DNA of 64,000 bases from Lysobacterales bacterium (GTDB taxonomy: Bacteria > Pseudomonadota > Gammaproteobacteria > Xanthomonadales > Rhodanobacteraceae): contig JBBSOU010000002.1 of NCBI GenBank assembly GCA_038259445.1, positions 561 to 64,560 on the forward strand, written 5' to 3'. Below, piece after piece: positions 10,710 through 19,529 of the stretch. Below the pieces are notes generated by a model, which saw nothing but the letters and a program-made list of their open reading frames with translations, was not told the DNA's origin and made no database searches. Each line of letters opens with the position of its first letter. The first letter of the stretch is position 1. The position numbers were made by a program, and so were the translations under genes.

Positions 10710-11579
10710 TCACGCGGCCTGCAGGATGTCCCGCGGCAACAGGCCATGGGCCTGGGCCAGGATCACCTCGCGAAGCAGCGCGGCGCCCGGGCAATCGGGT
10801 ATCGACGCGGTCGCCTCGTCGACCAGTCGCTTGACGCAGGCGATCGCGCCGGCCAAGCCGAGTTGCGCGACCGCACTCGGACGGCCGAGTTCGGCATCGC
10901 GCCCGACCGGCTTGCCGATGTCGGCAGCATTGCCGGCGACATCAAGGATATCGTCGGCGACCTGGTACGCGGCGCCGATGCGTTCGCCGAGCATGCTCCA
11001 CGCTGCCGCGTCGGCAACACCGGCGGCCACTGCGCCGGCCATCGTGGCGGCGGCGAACAACGATCCGGTCTTGGCCTGCTGGTATTGCGACAGTGGCGCG
11101 TCTGTCTCGCATTCCCACGCCTGTCCGGCGACGATGCCACCCGCCGTGCCAACCGAGCGGCCGATGATGCGGATCAAGCTCGGCAGTCGCGCCGGTGCCA
11201 GCCGGCAACTGTCGGCGAGTACCTCGAAGGCGAGCACGATCATCGCATCGCCGGCCAGCACGGCGAGCCGTTCACCGAACGCCTTGTGCACTGAAGGTTT
11301 GCCGCGACGGGTCGTGGCATCATCGAAACACGGCAAGTCGTCGTGAACGAGTGACGCGCAATGCAGGAGTTCGATCGCCGCTGCGGCTGCGTCGACGATC
11401 GCCGGATGGTCTTCGGCGCAGGCCTGCGCGACGGCCAGGCACAGTCTCGGACGGATGCGCGCGCCGCCGGGAAACACCGCATAGCGAATCGCCGCGGCAA
11501 GTCGTGGCGGGCAGCCCGCCGACTCGCCCGGCTCCAGCGCCGCCAGCAAGGCCTGCTCGATTCGCGGCACGGAATTCAT
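10710..11579 (-). CDS. crtE: Geranylgeranyl diphosphate synthase
   Basis: Polyprenyl synthase motifs: LVHDDLPCFDDATTRRG (FARM) and YQVADDILD (SARM). Confidence 0.92.
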   Translation of the reverse strand: MNSVPRIEQALLAALEPGESAGCPPRLAAAIRYAVFPGGARIRPRLCLAVAQACAEDHPAIVDAAAAAIELLHCASLVHDDLPCFDDATTRRGKPSVHKAFGERLAVLAGDAMIVLAFEVLADSCRLAPARLPSLIRIIGRSVGTAGGIVAGQAWECETDAPLSQYQQAKTGSLFAAATMAGAVAAGVADAAAWSMLGERIGAAYQVADDILDVAGNAADIGKPVGRDAELGRPSAVAQLGLAGAIACVKRLVDEATASIPDCPGAALLREVILAQAHGLLPRDILQAA

Positions 11580-11634
11580 GGTGCAATCCCCTTCGTGGCT
11601 GGCAGACTCGTCATTCTGCGTTGTCGAACACGGG

Positions 11635-11676
11635 TGTCATCAACTCTAGACACTGGCCCGTGGCCAGTCAACGACA
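11635..11676. promoter_or_regulatory. crtE/crtD divergent control region: PpsR-type palindrome pair overlapping a crtE promoter
   Basis: Perfect TGTCATCAACTCTAGACA (11635..11652), 6 nt, CGTGGCCAGTCAACGACA (11659..11676). On the minus sense, TTGACT (11671..11666)-N17-TAGAGT (11648..11643). Confidence 0.55.
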
Positions 11677-11692
11677 AAGTTTCCGGAGGCCC

Positions 11693-13240
11693 ATGGGCTC
11701 GCTCAGACAGCAACACGTGATCGTGATCGGCGCAGGCGTAGGCGGACTTGCGGCGGCCCTCGAACTCGCCGCGCGCGGCGTGCGCGTCACCGTGCTCGAG
11801 CGCGAAACGACACCGGGCGGCAAGTTGCGCGAGGTCAAGGTCGGCGACTGCGTCATCGATGCGGGACCAACCGTATTCACCATGCGCTGGGTTTTCGAGG
11901 AGCTGTTCGATGCAGCCGGGCTGTCGTTCGCCGCGCACGTCGATTGCGAGCGTGCCTCGACACTCGCGCGGCATGCGTGGGCCGACCAGAGCCAGCTCGA
12001 TCTGCATGCCGACCTCGAACACTCGGCCGAAGCGATCGCACATTTCGCGGGCGCCGCCGAGGGTCGCCGCTATCTCGAGTTCGCTGCGCGCGCGCGCGGC
12101 ATCTACCGCACGCTCGAAGGACCCTTCATGCGTAACGCGTGCGCCAGTCCGGCGGCGCTGATCCGCGCCGTCGGCTCCCGCGGACTTGCCGACCTTTGGC
12201 GCATTTCGCCGTTCACGACGCTGTGGCGGGCACTCGGCACGCATTTCCACGATCCGCGCCTGCGCCAGCTTTTCGCGCGCTATGCCACGTATTGCGGGTC
12301 GTCGCCGTTCAGCGCCCCGGCCACGCTGATGCTGGTCGCGCACGTCGAGCAGGAAGGCGTGTGGATGATCCGAGGCGGCATGCACCGGCTGGCGATCGCA
12401 TTGGCTGACGCCGCGCAGGGCCGCGGCGCGCAACTGCATTACGCAACCGACGTCGCCGCGATCAACGCCGCACATGGGCGCGCCTGCGGCGTGACGCTGC
12501 GCACCGGCGAGCGCATCGAGGCTGATGCGGTGATCGTCAATGCCGACAGTGCCGCGATCGCGACCGGCCTGTTCGGCGGCGATGCGGCGCGGGCCGCGCC
12601 TCCGATCCGCGGCGTCGAACGCTCGCTTTCGGCGATCACCTGGATGATGCGCGTGCACACCGAAGGCTTTGCCCTGCATCGCCACAACGTGTTCTTCTCG
12701 CAGGACTACCAGCGCGAGTTCGATGACGTGTTCCGACGCCGCCAGGTGCCTTCCGGGCCGACCGTGTATGTGTGTGCGCAGGATCGTGGTGATGAAGACG
12801 ATGCCGGCACCAGCGCGCAACGATTGCTCATGCTCATCAACGCGCCAGCGGATGGCGACCGGCACCTCTACGACAACGCGGAGATCAATGCATGCGAGAA
12901 AAACAGTCTCGATCTGCTCAAGCGCTGCGGGCTGACCGTGCATCGCCATCCGGCATCGACGCAGGTCGCGACACCGACCGATTTCCATCGCCTGTTTCCG
13001 GCGACCGGTGGCGCGCTGTACGGGCCGGCGTCGCACGGATGGACGGCATCGTTCAAGCGCAAGGGAGCGCGCACGCGCATGCCGGGCCTGTATCTGGCGG
13101 GGGGCAGCGTGCATCCGGGACCGGGAGTGCCCATGGCGGCGCTGTCAGGACGCCTGGCGGCCGCCAGCCTGCTCGAGGACCGCGCTTCGACGGCAGCGTT
13201 GCGCACAACGGCTACGCGTGGTGGTACGTCGACGCGCTGA
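11693..13240 (+). CDS. crtD: Hydroxyneurosporene / methoxyneurosporene 3,4-desaturase
   Basis: Internal Met of ORF 11195..13240: MGSLRQQHVIVIGAGVGGLAAALELAARG (FAD GxGxxG). GGAGG lies upstream. CrtI-family C-terminus LAGGSVHPGPGVPMAALSG. Confidence 0.9.
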   Translation: MGSLRQQHVIVIGAGVGGLAAALELAARGVRVTVLERETTPGGKLREVKVGDCVIDAGPTVFTMRWVFEELFDAAGLSFAAHVDCERASTLARHAWADQSQLDLHADLEHSAEAIAHFAGAAEGRRYLEFAARARGIYRTLEGPFMRNACASPAALIRAVGSRGLADLWRISPFTTLWRALGTHFHDPRLRQLFARYATYCGSSPFSAPATLMLVAHVEQEGVWMIRGGMHRLAIALADAAQGRGAQLHYATDVAAINAAHGRACGVTLRTGERIEADAVIVNADSAAIATGLFGGDAARAAPPIRGVERSLSAITWMMRVHTEGFALHRHNVFFSQDYQREFDDVFRRRQVPSGPTVYVCAQDRGDEDDAGTSAQRLLMLINAPADGDRHLYDNAEINACEKNSLDLLKRCGLTVHRHPASTQVATPTDFHRLFPATGGALYGPASHGWTASFKRKGARTRMPGLYLAGGSVHPGPGVPMAALSGRLAAASLLEDRASTAALRTTATRGGTSTR

Positions 13241-14100
13241 GCGACGACGGCGCGCATGGCCTCACGCTGATCGCATTCATCGGCAGCGTGTTCTCGCCGT
13301 ACTACGCGTGGGCGCGGCGACAGGGACCGGTCGATCCGGCCAACCACTGCGCATTCAACATCGCGCTGTATGGCGATCGTGGCAAACGCTGGGCAATGAC
13401 CGAACGCGGCCAGACGTCGATGCAACGCGACGCGACGCACTTCGAGGTCGGGCCAAGCCGCATGCACTGGCATGCCGATGCGCTGCACATCGATATCGAC
13501 GAGATCTGCGTGCCTTTGCCGCGGCGCATCCGCGGCCGTATCCGCGTGCTGCCGAATGCGCTGGTCGAGCACACCGCGCATCTCGACGTCGCCGGTCGCC
13601 ACCGCTGGCGCCCGCTGGCGCCGTCCGCGCGCATCGAGGTCATGCTCGAATCGCCCGCCCTGCACTGGACCGGCAATGCCTATCTCGATTCCAACGACGG
13701 TGACGAACCGCTCGAATCGACCGTGCGTGACTGGTGCTGGTCACGCGCCGACGTGCGCGAGGGCAGCGCGGTGCTCTACGACGTGCGCGAGCGCAGCGGT
13801 GACCGCACGTCGCTGGCACTGACTTTCGCGCGTGACGGTTCGGTCGGCACGTTCACGCCACCACCTCTCGCGGCGCTACCGACCACTGGCTGGCGCATCG
13901 CTCGCGCAACACGCTCGGACAACGGCATCGCTCGCGTCGAGCGCACGCTCGAGGACACACCGTTCTATGCGCGCTCGCTGATCGACGCACAACTGCTCGG
14001 CCAGTCGATTCGCGCCGTGCACGAGAGCCTCGACCTCGATCGCTTCCGTTCGCCGATCGTGCAGGCGATGTTGCCGTTCCGGATGCCGCGCCGGCGCTGA
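13039..14100 (+). CDS. crtC: Acyclic carotenoid 1,2-hydratase (hydroxyneurosporene synthase)
   Basis: GYAWWYVDALSDDGAHGLTLIAFIGSVFSPYY is a CrtC hallmark. The only canonical in-frame start upstream of the conserved block is ATG 13039, so the listed 5' end overlaps crtD by 202 nt. True start uncertain. Confidence 0.82.
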   Translation: MDGIVQAQGSAHAHAGPVSGGGQRASGTGSAHGGAVRTPGGRQPARGPRFDGSVAHNGYAWWYVDALSDDGAHGLTLIAFIGSVFSPYYAWARRQGPVDPANHCAFNIALYGDRGKRWAMTERGQTSMQRDATHFEVGPSRMHWHADALHIDIDEICVPLPRRIRGRIRVLPNALVEHTAHLDVAGRHRWRPLAPSARIEVMLESPALHWTGNAYLDSNDGDEPLESTVRDWCWSRADVREGSAVLYDVRERSGDRTSLALTFARDGSVGTFTPPPLAALPTTGWRIARATRSDNGIARVERTLEDTPFYARSLIDAQLLGQSIRAVHESLDLDRFRSPIVQAMLPFRMPRRR

Positions 14101-14125
14101 CACGATTCACTGCTGACCAACAGGG

Positions 14126-14317
14126 TCAGTCGCGCGGTGATGCGGTATCGCGTTCGACGCTGACCGGCGCGGCCGACGCGTTGGTGTCATCGCCGCGCAA
14201 GGCACTGGATTTGCGTTCCCGATCGCGCCGCAGCGCGCGGTTGACCGAGACGAGTTCCCACACCAGATAGGCCAGCAGCGCGCCGAACACGATCAGCACT
14301 TCGATCAGGCCGGCCAT
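14126..14317 (-). CDS. Small single-TM protein, 63 aa (hypothetical)
   Basis: MAGLIEVLIVFGALLAYLVWELVSVNRALRRDRERK..., preceded by GAGGAGG 5 nt from the ATG. High GC3. Lies 43 nt downstream of the crtB stop on the same strand. Hidden inside spurious ORF 14126..14665. Confidence 0.5.
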   Translation of the reverse strand: MAGLIEVLIVFGALLAYLVWELVSVNRALRRDRERKSSALRGDDTNASAAPVSVERDTASPRD

Positions 14318-14360
14318 TGCCACCTCCTCGATGCCGCTGCCGATGACGCAGCCACACGGT

Positions 14361-15467
14361 TCAACGCAACGATCCGGAATCAGCCAGTCGGTCGCCGTAG
14401 CGCGCACGCGCGACCATGCGCTCGCGGCGTTCGAGACGCTCGAAGAGGTCGAGCACCCAGAGCACGCGCGACTTGAAGAACCACCACGGCAACACGTGCA
14501 GCGTGCCGCTGCGCGTCGACGGTTGCATGCTGCAGGCAACAACCGCATCGACGAGATAGCGCGTCGCGGCGAGCGGCGGCAGCGCCTCGCCATGGACCGG
14601 ACCGACGTCGACGAGATAGGACTGCGCGAGCAGCCAGGCCTTGCGCGAGCGCGAAACCACGGCACGGCGTGACACCGAATCGTTGCCGGCGCGACGCACC
14701 ACGCGACCGATGTCGGCGTAAATCAATCGCGCCGCGTTGATGCCGGGTCGACACGCCGGTGCAAGCTCGGCCACGCCGGACTGCACGCGCGCGTAAAGCT
14801 CGTCGGCGCGGGCCAGCAAGCCCGCGACGACAAGACGCAAGCCCTCCGTGCACTGCGGCGCGGCGAGCCACTGGTCGGGATCAATGTCGGCGCGCTGCAG
14901 CGCATCGAGTGGCAGGTAGAGGCGACCCGCACGCGCATCCTCGCCGACGTCACGGGCAATATTGGTCAACTGCATCGCCACGCCCAGATCGCACGCGCGC
15001 GCCAGCGCACTGCTGCTGCGTGCGCCCATCAACACTGCCATCATCGCGCCGATCGTGCCGGCGACACGTGCGGCGTAGGCCTCGAGTTCTTCGAGCGTCG
15101 CATAGCGGCGTCCCTGCGCATCCCATTCGAACCCCTCAATCAGGGCGTCGAGCAGTTCACGCGGCAGCACGTGTGTCCTGACCACGCCGGACAAGGCGCG
15201 ATCGGCAGCGAAGCCGTGCGGGGTTCCGGCATAGATCGCGTCGAGTCGTTCACGCAGATGGGCGACCGCGGCAGCACCGCCGATGTGCAGATCGACGGCA
15301 TCGTCGGCGTCGCGGCAGAACGCGTACAGCACGGTTGCCGCATCGCGAATATCGACCGGCAGGATGCGCGAGGCCGCGGCGAAAGACTTCGAGCCGGCCC
15401 GCAACGCGGCGCGACAGGCGGCGAGATCGCCGTGCGGATCAGGATGCGCGCGCGAATGTGACTGCAT
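14361..15467 (-). CDS. crtB: Phytoene synthase
   Basis: ILPVDIRDAATVLYAFCRDADDAVD and NIARDVGEDARAGRLYLP squalene/phytoene synthase motifs. Start at MQSHSRAH, overlapping the crtI end by 29 nt. Confidence 0.92.
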   Translation of the reverse strand: MQSHSRAHPDPHGDLAACRAALRAGSKSFAAASRILPVDIRDAATVLYAFCRDADDAVDLHIGGAAAVAHLRERLDAIYAGTPHGFAADRALSGVVRTHVLPRELLDALIEGFEWDAQGRRYATLEELEAYAARVAGTIGAMMAVLMGARSSSALARACDLGVAMQLTNIARDVGEDARAGRLYLPLDALQRADIDPDQWLAAPQCTEGLRLVVAGLLARADELYARVQSGVAELAPACRPGINAARLIYADIGRVVRRAGNDSVSRRAVVSRSRKAWLLAQSYLVDVGPVHGEALPPLAATRYLVDAVVACSMQPSTRSGTLHVLPWWFFKSRVLWVLDLFERLERRERMVARARYGDRLADSGSLR

Positions 15468-16977
15468 CGGGTACCACCGTATCGAGTACGCGCGCCGAAG
15501 ACAGCACGCCGGGCACGCCGGCACCGGGATGTGTTCCGGCCCCGACCAGGAAAAGGTTTTCGACATCTTCACTGCGATTGTGCGGACGGAACCACGCACT
15601 CTGGTGCAGCACCGGCTCCATGCCGAAGGCCGCGCCCTGGTAGGAGTTGAGGCGGTCCTTGAAGTCCTGCGGCGTGAGCACGCGCGAGGTCACGATGTGT
15701 GCGCCGAGTCCGGGCAACACGGTTTGCTCGAGACTCCTGCACAAGGCCTCACGGTAGCGCTCGGCGATCTCGTCCCAGCGCGTTCCGCTGCCGAGGTGCG
15801 GCACCGGCGACAGCACGTAGAACGCATCGCAGCCGGGCGGCGCGAGCGACGGATCGGTCGCGGTCGGGCGATGCAGATAGAGACTGAAATCATCAGCCAG
15901 CACCTTGTGCGCGAAGATGTCCTCAAGCAGGCCCTTGTAGCGCGGCCCGAGCAGGATGCTGTGATGCGGCACGTCCGCGTACTGGCGGTCGGTGCCGAAG
16001 TACCAGACGAACAGGCTCATCGAATAGCGCGCATTGTCGATGCGTCGATTGGTCCAGCGCCGCCGTGACGTGGCCGGAACCAGATGCCGATAGGTCCACG
16101 CCGAGTCGGCATTGGAAACGACCACGTCGGCATCGATGGTCGCACCGGAGGTGAGACGCACGCCGCGCGCCGTGCCGTTGTTGACGACGATCTCGGCGAC
16201 CTCGCGCTCGCAGGCAACCGTGCCACCCTGCCCTTCAATCAGGCCAACCAGTCCACGCACGAGTTGGCCGGTACCACCCATCGCGAAATGCACGCCCCAG
16301 CGGCGCTCGAGATAAGCGATCAGGCAATAGATCGACGGTGCAGAAAATGGATTGCCGCCGATCAGCAGCGGATGGAAGCTGAGCGCGACACGCAGGCGTG
16401 GATCCCTGATGAACCCGGAGACGAGGCCATGCACAGTGCGATAACTGGCCAGTCGCATCATCGCCGGCACGATGCGCAGCATGTCGGTGAATGAGTCGAA
16501 CGGCACGTGGCCGAGTTGTTCGAAGCCGACGCGGTAGATTTCCTCGCTGGCCTTCATGTAGCGGTGGAAACCGGCGACATCATCGGCCGAAAAGCGCGCG
16601 ACTTCGGCATCCATCGCGTCGGCATCGCCCGAGTAATTGAAGACCGCACCGTCGTCGAAACGAATGCTGTAGAACGGCGTTACCGGACGCAGTTCAACGT
16701 CGTCGGCAAGGCGCTTGCCGCACAGCGCCCACAGTTCCTCGAAAAGGAACGGCGCGGTGACGATGGTCGGACCGGCGTCGAAGGTGAAACCGTCCTGACG
16801 GTAGACGTAGGCACGACCACCGGGAGCATCGAGCTTTTCAAGCACGCTGACGCGATATCCGCGCGCTCCCAGCCGCACCGCTGCGGCGAGCCCGCCGAAG
16901 CCGCTGCCGATGACGACGGCGTGCGGTTTTTCGCCGGCGCCGCGTGGCGCAGTCGGCAAGCTGTGAAGTGTCAACAT
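15439..16977 (-). CDS. crtI: Phytoene desaturase
   Basis: HAVVIGSGFGGLAAAVRLGARGYRVSVLEKLDAPGGRAY and C-terminal LVGAGTHPGAGVPGVL. Confidence 0.95.
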   Translation of the reverse strand: MLTLHSLPTAPRGAGEKPHAVVIGSGFGGLAAAVRLGARGYRVSVLEKLDAPGGRAYVYRQDGFTFDAGPTIVTAPFLFEELWALCGKRLADDVELRPVTPFYSIRFDDGAVFNYSGDADAMDAEVARFSADDVAGFHRYMKASEEIYRVGFEQLGHVPFDSFTDMLRIVPAMMRLASYRTVHGLVSGFIRDPRLRVALSFHPLLIGGNPFSAPSIYCLIAYLERRWGVHFAMGGTGQLVRGLVGLIEGQGGTVACEREVAEIVVNNGTARGVRLTSGATIDADVVVSNADSAWTYRHLVPATSRRRWTNRRIDNARYSMSLFVWYFGTDRQYADVPHHSILLGPRYKGLLEDIFAHKVLADDFSLYLHRPTATDPSLAPPGCDAFYVLSPVPHLGSGTRWDEIAERYREALCRSLEQTVLPGLGAHIVTSRVLTPQDFKDRLNSYQGAAFGMEPVLHQSAWFRPHNRSEDVENLFLVGAGTHPGAGVPGVLSSARVLDTVVPDAVTFARAS

Positions 16978-17011
16978 CTTGTGACAATATAGAAGTCAGA
17001 TTGAACTGACA
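16969..17011. promoter_or_regulatory. crtI/idi divergent control region with PpsR-type palindrome pair
   Basis: Perfect TGTCAACATCTTGTGACA (16969..16986, spans the crtI ATG), 7 nt, AGTCAGATTGAACTGACA (16994..17011). Minus sense has TTGTCA-N15-TATATT ending 8 nt before the crtI ATG. Confidence 0.5.
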
Positions 17012-17099
17012 ACTGAGCTCGCGGCGCCGGCCGAGCGGCCTCGAATCGCGGTTCCCTCATGGTCGGAAACACCGGCGTATCACGCACAGGAGGTTCCAC

Positions 17100-17702
17100 T
17101 TGCTTGGCGAACGCGCCTCCCGTGACACGGTCGTCTCGTTCGACAACGAGCCGCTGATCCTGGTCGACGAGAACGACGTTGAAGTCGGCCATCTGGCCAA
17201 GGCCGATGCGCATCGCGGCGGCGGTCGGCTGCATCGCGCATTCTCGCTGTTCGTGTTCGATCTGGACGGGCGACTGCTGTTGCAGCGGCGTGCGGCGGTC
17301 AAGCGGCTGTGGCCCGACTTCTGGTCGAACACCTGCTGCAGTCATCCGCGGCGTGGCGAAGACATGGAAAAGGCCATCCATCGTCGGCTGAATGAAGAAC
17401 TGCAGTTGAGCTGTTCGCTCGAGTTCCTCTTCAAGTTCCAGTACCAGGCCCAGTTCGACGAGGAAGGTGCCGAGAACGAACTGTGCTCGGTGTTTGCGGG
17501 GCACACCAATGACCGTCCGCAGTTCAACCGCAGCGAGATTTCAGAACTGCGCTACGTCGATCCGGATGCGCTCGATCTCGAGATGCTGAGCGAACCCGAT
17601 GCGTTCACGCCATGGTTCAAGATGGAATGGGCGCAATTGCGTCGATCCGCGTTGCCGAGCCAGCCGCGCTCCGACCTGCGCCGCGCATCCTCGCGACGCT
17701 GA
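17100..17702 (+). CDS. idi: Isopentenyl-diphosphate delta-isomerase, type 1 (Nudix)
   Basis: LHRAFSLFVFDLDGRLLLQRRAAVKRLWPDFWSNTCCSHP. TTG start with AGGAGG upstream. Confidence 0.9.
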   Translation: MLGERASRDTVVSFDNEPLILVDENDVEVGHLAKADAHRGGGRLHRAFSLFVFDLDGRLLLQRRAAVKRLWPDFWSNTCCSHPRRGEDMEKAIHRRLNEELQLSCSLEFLFKFQYQAQFDEEGAENELCSVFAGHTNDRPQFNRSEISELRYVDPDALDLEMLSEPDAFTPWFKMEWAQLRRSALPSQPRSDLRRASSRR

Positions 17703-17711
17703 GCCGCTTGC

Positions 17712-19529
17712 TCAGGCTGAGCCGACACGCTTTACCGCCGCCGACAACGACGCGGCGTCGGCATACGGTAACGGCAGGTAGTGGGCGTTCATCGCGTCGG
17801 CAAGGCTTTGTGCCTGCGGCTGTGCGCGCACCGAAATGTCGACGAACAGCGTCATGATGCGTTCGCTGCGCACGCAGCGTGCAGCCGCCAGCGCTTCCGC
17901 TGCAGCGCGTTCCCTGCCGCCGCTGCCGTCGCGCGCGACGTTGGCCTGACCGTCGGTCAGAAACACCAGCGTCGGTGTCTGTCCGGCTCGGCGTACGCGC
18001 AGCGCGAGTTCCACTGCGGCATCGATGGCGGTCGCCATCGGCGTTCCCGCACCACCGGGCAGACCGGCCAGATTGCGCTTCGCACGCACCAGCGAGCGCG
18101 TCGGTGGCAGCAGTAATTCTGCGCCGCGACCGCGAAACGAAATGACCGCGACCTGATCGCGACGCACATAGCAGTCGGCGAGCAGCAACTCGACCGCACC
18201 CTTCGCCTCGGCGAGCCGATTGAGCGCTGAAGAGCCGGACGCATCGACGACGAAAATCGTTGTCGTCTGCGTGCGCTGCTGGAAGCGCGTGACATGGAAA
18301 TCCTCGCGTCGGATCTCGATTCGGCGCAGCGCTTCCCCGCCACGCGCAGCATGTCGCAGCCGCTGCCACGGCGCCGCCGCACGCAAGGTCTCGATCAGGT
18401 TCAGACGCACGCCGCCGCCGGGATCGCCGCGACGCACGCCGGCGGGTCGACCGCGCAGCAACGACGCTCGCGCCGCGCCGACCCGCCCTTCGCTGCGCGC
18501 CGATTGGGCGAGCGCCTTGCCATCGCGCAGTCGATCGAGCAATCCCTTCGGAATCGCCGCCAGTACGGCCTCAAGCACGCGATCCTCGGGTGGCGAGTCG
18601 GCGTCGTCACGCTCGCCCTGTTCGCGCTCGTCCGGCGGCGACGGCTCGGTGGCGCCACTTTCGTCTTTTGGCGGTTCGACGTCCTCCGGCGCATCGGCGG
18701 GATCCTGCGCCTGCTCGGCGTCAGCCTCCATTGGCGGAACCGTGGTCGCACGCGGCGCGAGAACGAGCCGTGCGGCGCTGGCGGCATCGCATTCTTCGAC
18801 GCGCGTTCGCCCACCCAGTGCAGCCAGCGCGCGCGCGGCGCGAACTGCCAGCAGCGAGGCGCGGATCGAGGCGATGCCGAGGCGCAGGGCCGTGACACAC
18901 AGCAGTTCGACGACATCGTCCTCGACGACGACCGAGGACAGGCGCGCGCGCGCCCGCGCCACGGCACCGAGATCTGCCGGCACTTCGTCCCCGAGGTCGA
19001 CACGCAAGGCCGTGAGGTCGAGCAGGAAGGCCAGACGATCGAGCAATTCGACGCGTGGAAACTCGTCCTCGCCGATTCCCTCATCGAGTGCGACCACGCC
19101 GAAGCGCGTCGCCCTGCGTGACGCGATACCGCTGCGCTCGAGCGCGATCGTTCCGGTATCGAGTGCGGCCGTGACCAGCGCGACGGCCGGGGCCGTCCAG
19201 CGCTCCGCCATCGCCAACACGGCGATGCCGCCATCGACTTCGCCGAGCACCCCGGTCTGCGCGACGGCGCGCCCGGCGCGCAGGGTCGCGGTGAGATCGA
19301 GACCGCCGATCAGGCGATCGACCGAGATGTGCGCGGGAACGCGGCGCATGCGGCTCGGGTCAGGCAACACGCAACGCAGCATTTCCAGCCAGCGATCGCG
19401 CACCGGGCCATGCGCAGCGCGCAGGCAGGCTCCGCCGAGTCCGGCCGGATCGATCGCGAGCAGCGTCGCGGCCAGCGAGGCATCGCTCCAGCGCTGCCGA
19501 TCCTCGTCCGATGCCGCAGCCGCCTTCAC
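17712..19529 (-). CDS. bchD: Magnesium chelatase subunit D
   Basis: AAA-like N-domain, acidic/Pro-rich linker, C-terminal vWA domain (IFVVDASGS). GTGA overlap with bchI stop. Confidence 0.93.
   Translation of the reverse strand: MKAAAASDEDRQRWSDASLAATLLAIDPAGLGGACLRAAHGPVRDRWLEMLRCVLPDPSRMRRVPAHISVDRLIGGLDLTATLRAGRAVAQTGVLGEVDGGIAVLAMAERWTAPAVALVTAALDTGTIALERSGIASRRATRFGVVALDEGIGEDEFPRVELLDRLAFLLDLTALRVDLGDEVPADLGAVARARARLSSVVVEDDVVELLCVTALRLGIASIRASLLAVRAARALAALGGRTRVEECDAASAARLVLAPRATTVPPMEADAEQAQDPADAPEDVEPPKDESGATEPSPPDEREQGERDDADSPPEDRVLEAVLAAIPKGLLDRLRDGKALAQSARSEGRVGAARASLLRGRPAGVRRGDPGGGVRLNLIETLRAAAPWQRLRHAARGGEALRRIEIRREDFHVTRFQQRTQTTTIFVVDASGSSALNRLAEAKGAVELLLADCYVRRDQVAVISFRGRGAELLLPPTRSLVRAKRNLAGLPGGAGTPMATAIDAAVELALRVRRAGQTPTLVFLTDGQANVARDGSGGRERAAAEALAAARCVRSERIMTLFVDISVRAQPQAQSLADAMNAHYLPLPYADAASLSAAVKRVGSA

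Noticed and set aside
11576-13114. Minus ORF of 512 aa antisense to crtD. Similar shadow ORFs are 18220..19707 (+) over bchD, 37041..38099 (-) and 39477..40730 (-) over bchH, 42540..43853 (-) over lhaA, 58578..60749 (+, 723 aa) over the Sel1-like genes and gap, and 62402..63454 (-) over the nuclease.
   Set aside because: - Each lies opposite a confidently assigned gene.
- The compositions are dominated by R/A/G/D/H.
- None has a recognisable domain or RBS.
13140-13200. Programmed -1 frameshift fusing CrtD to CrtC.
   Set aside because: - I found no X_XXY_YYZ slippery heptamer or obvious downstream pseudoknot in the overlap.
- It is kept only as a minor alternative inside the overlap finding.
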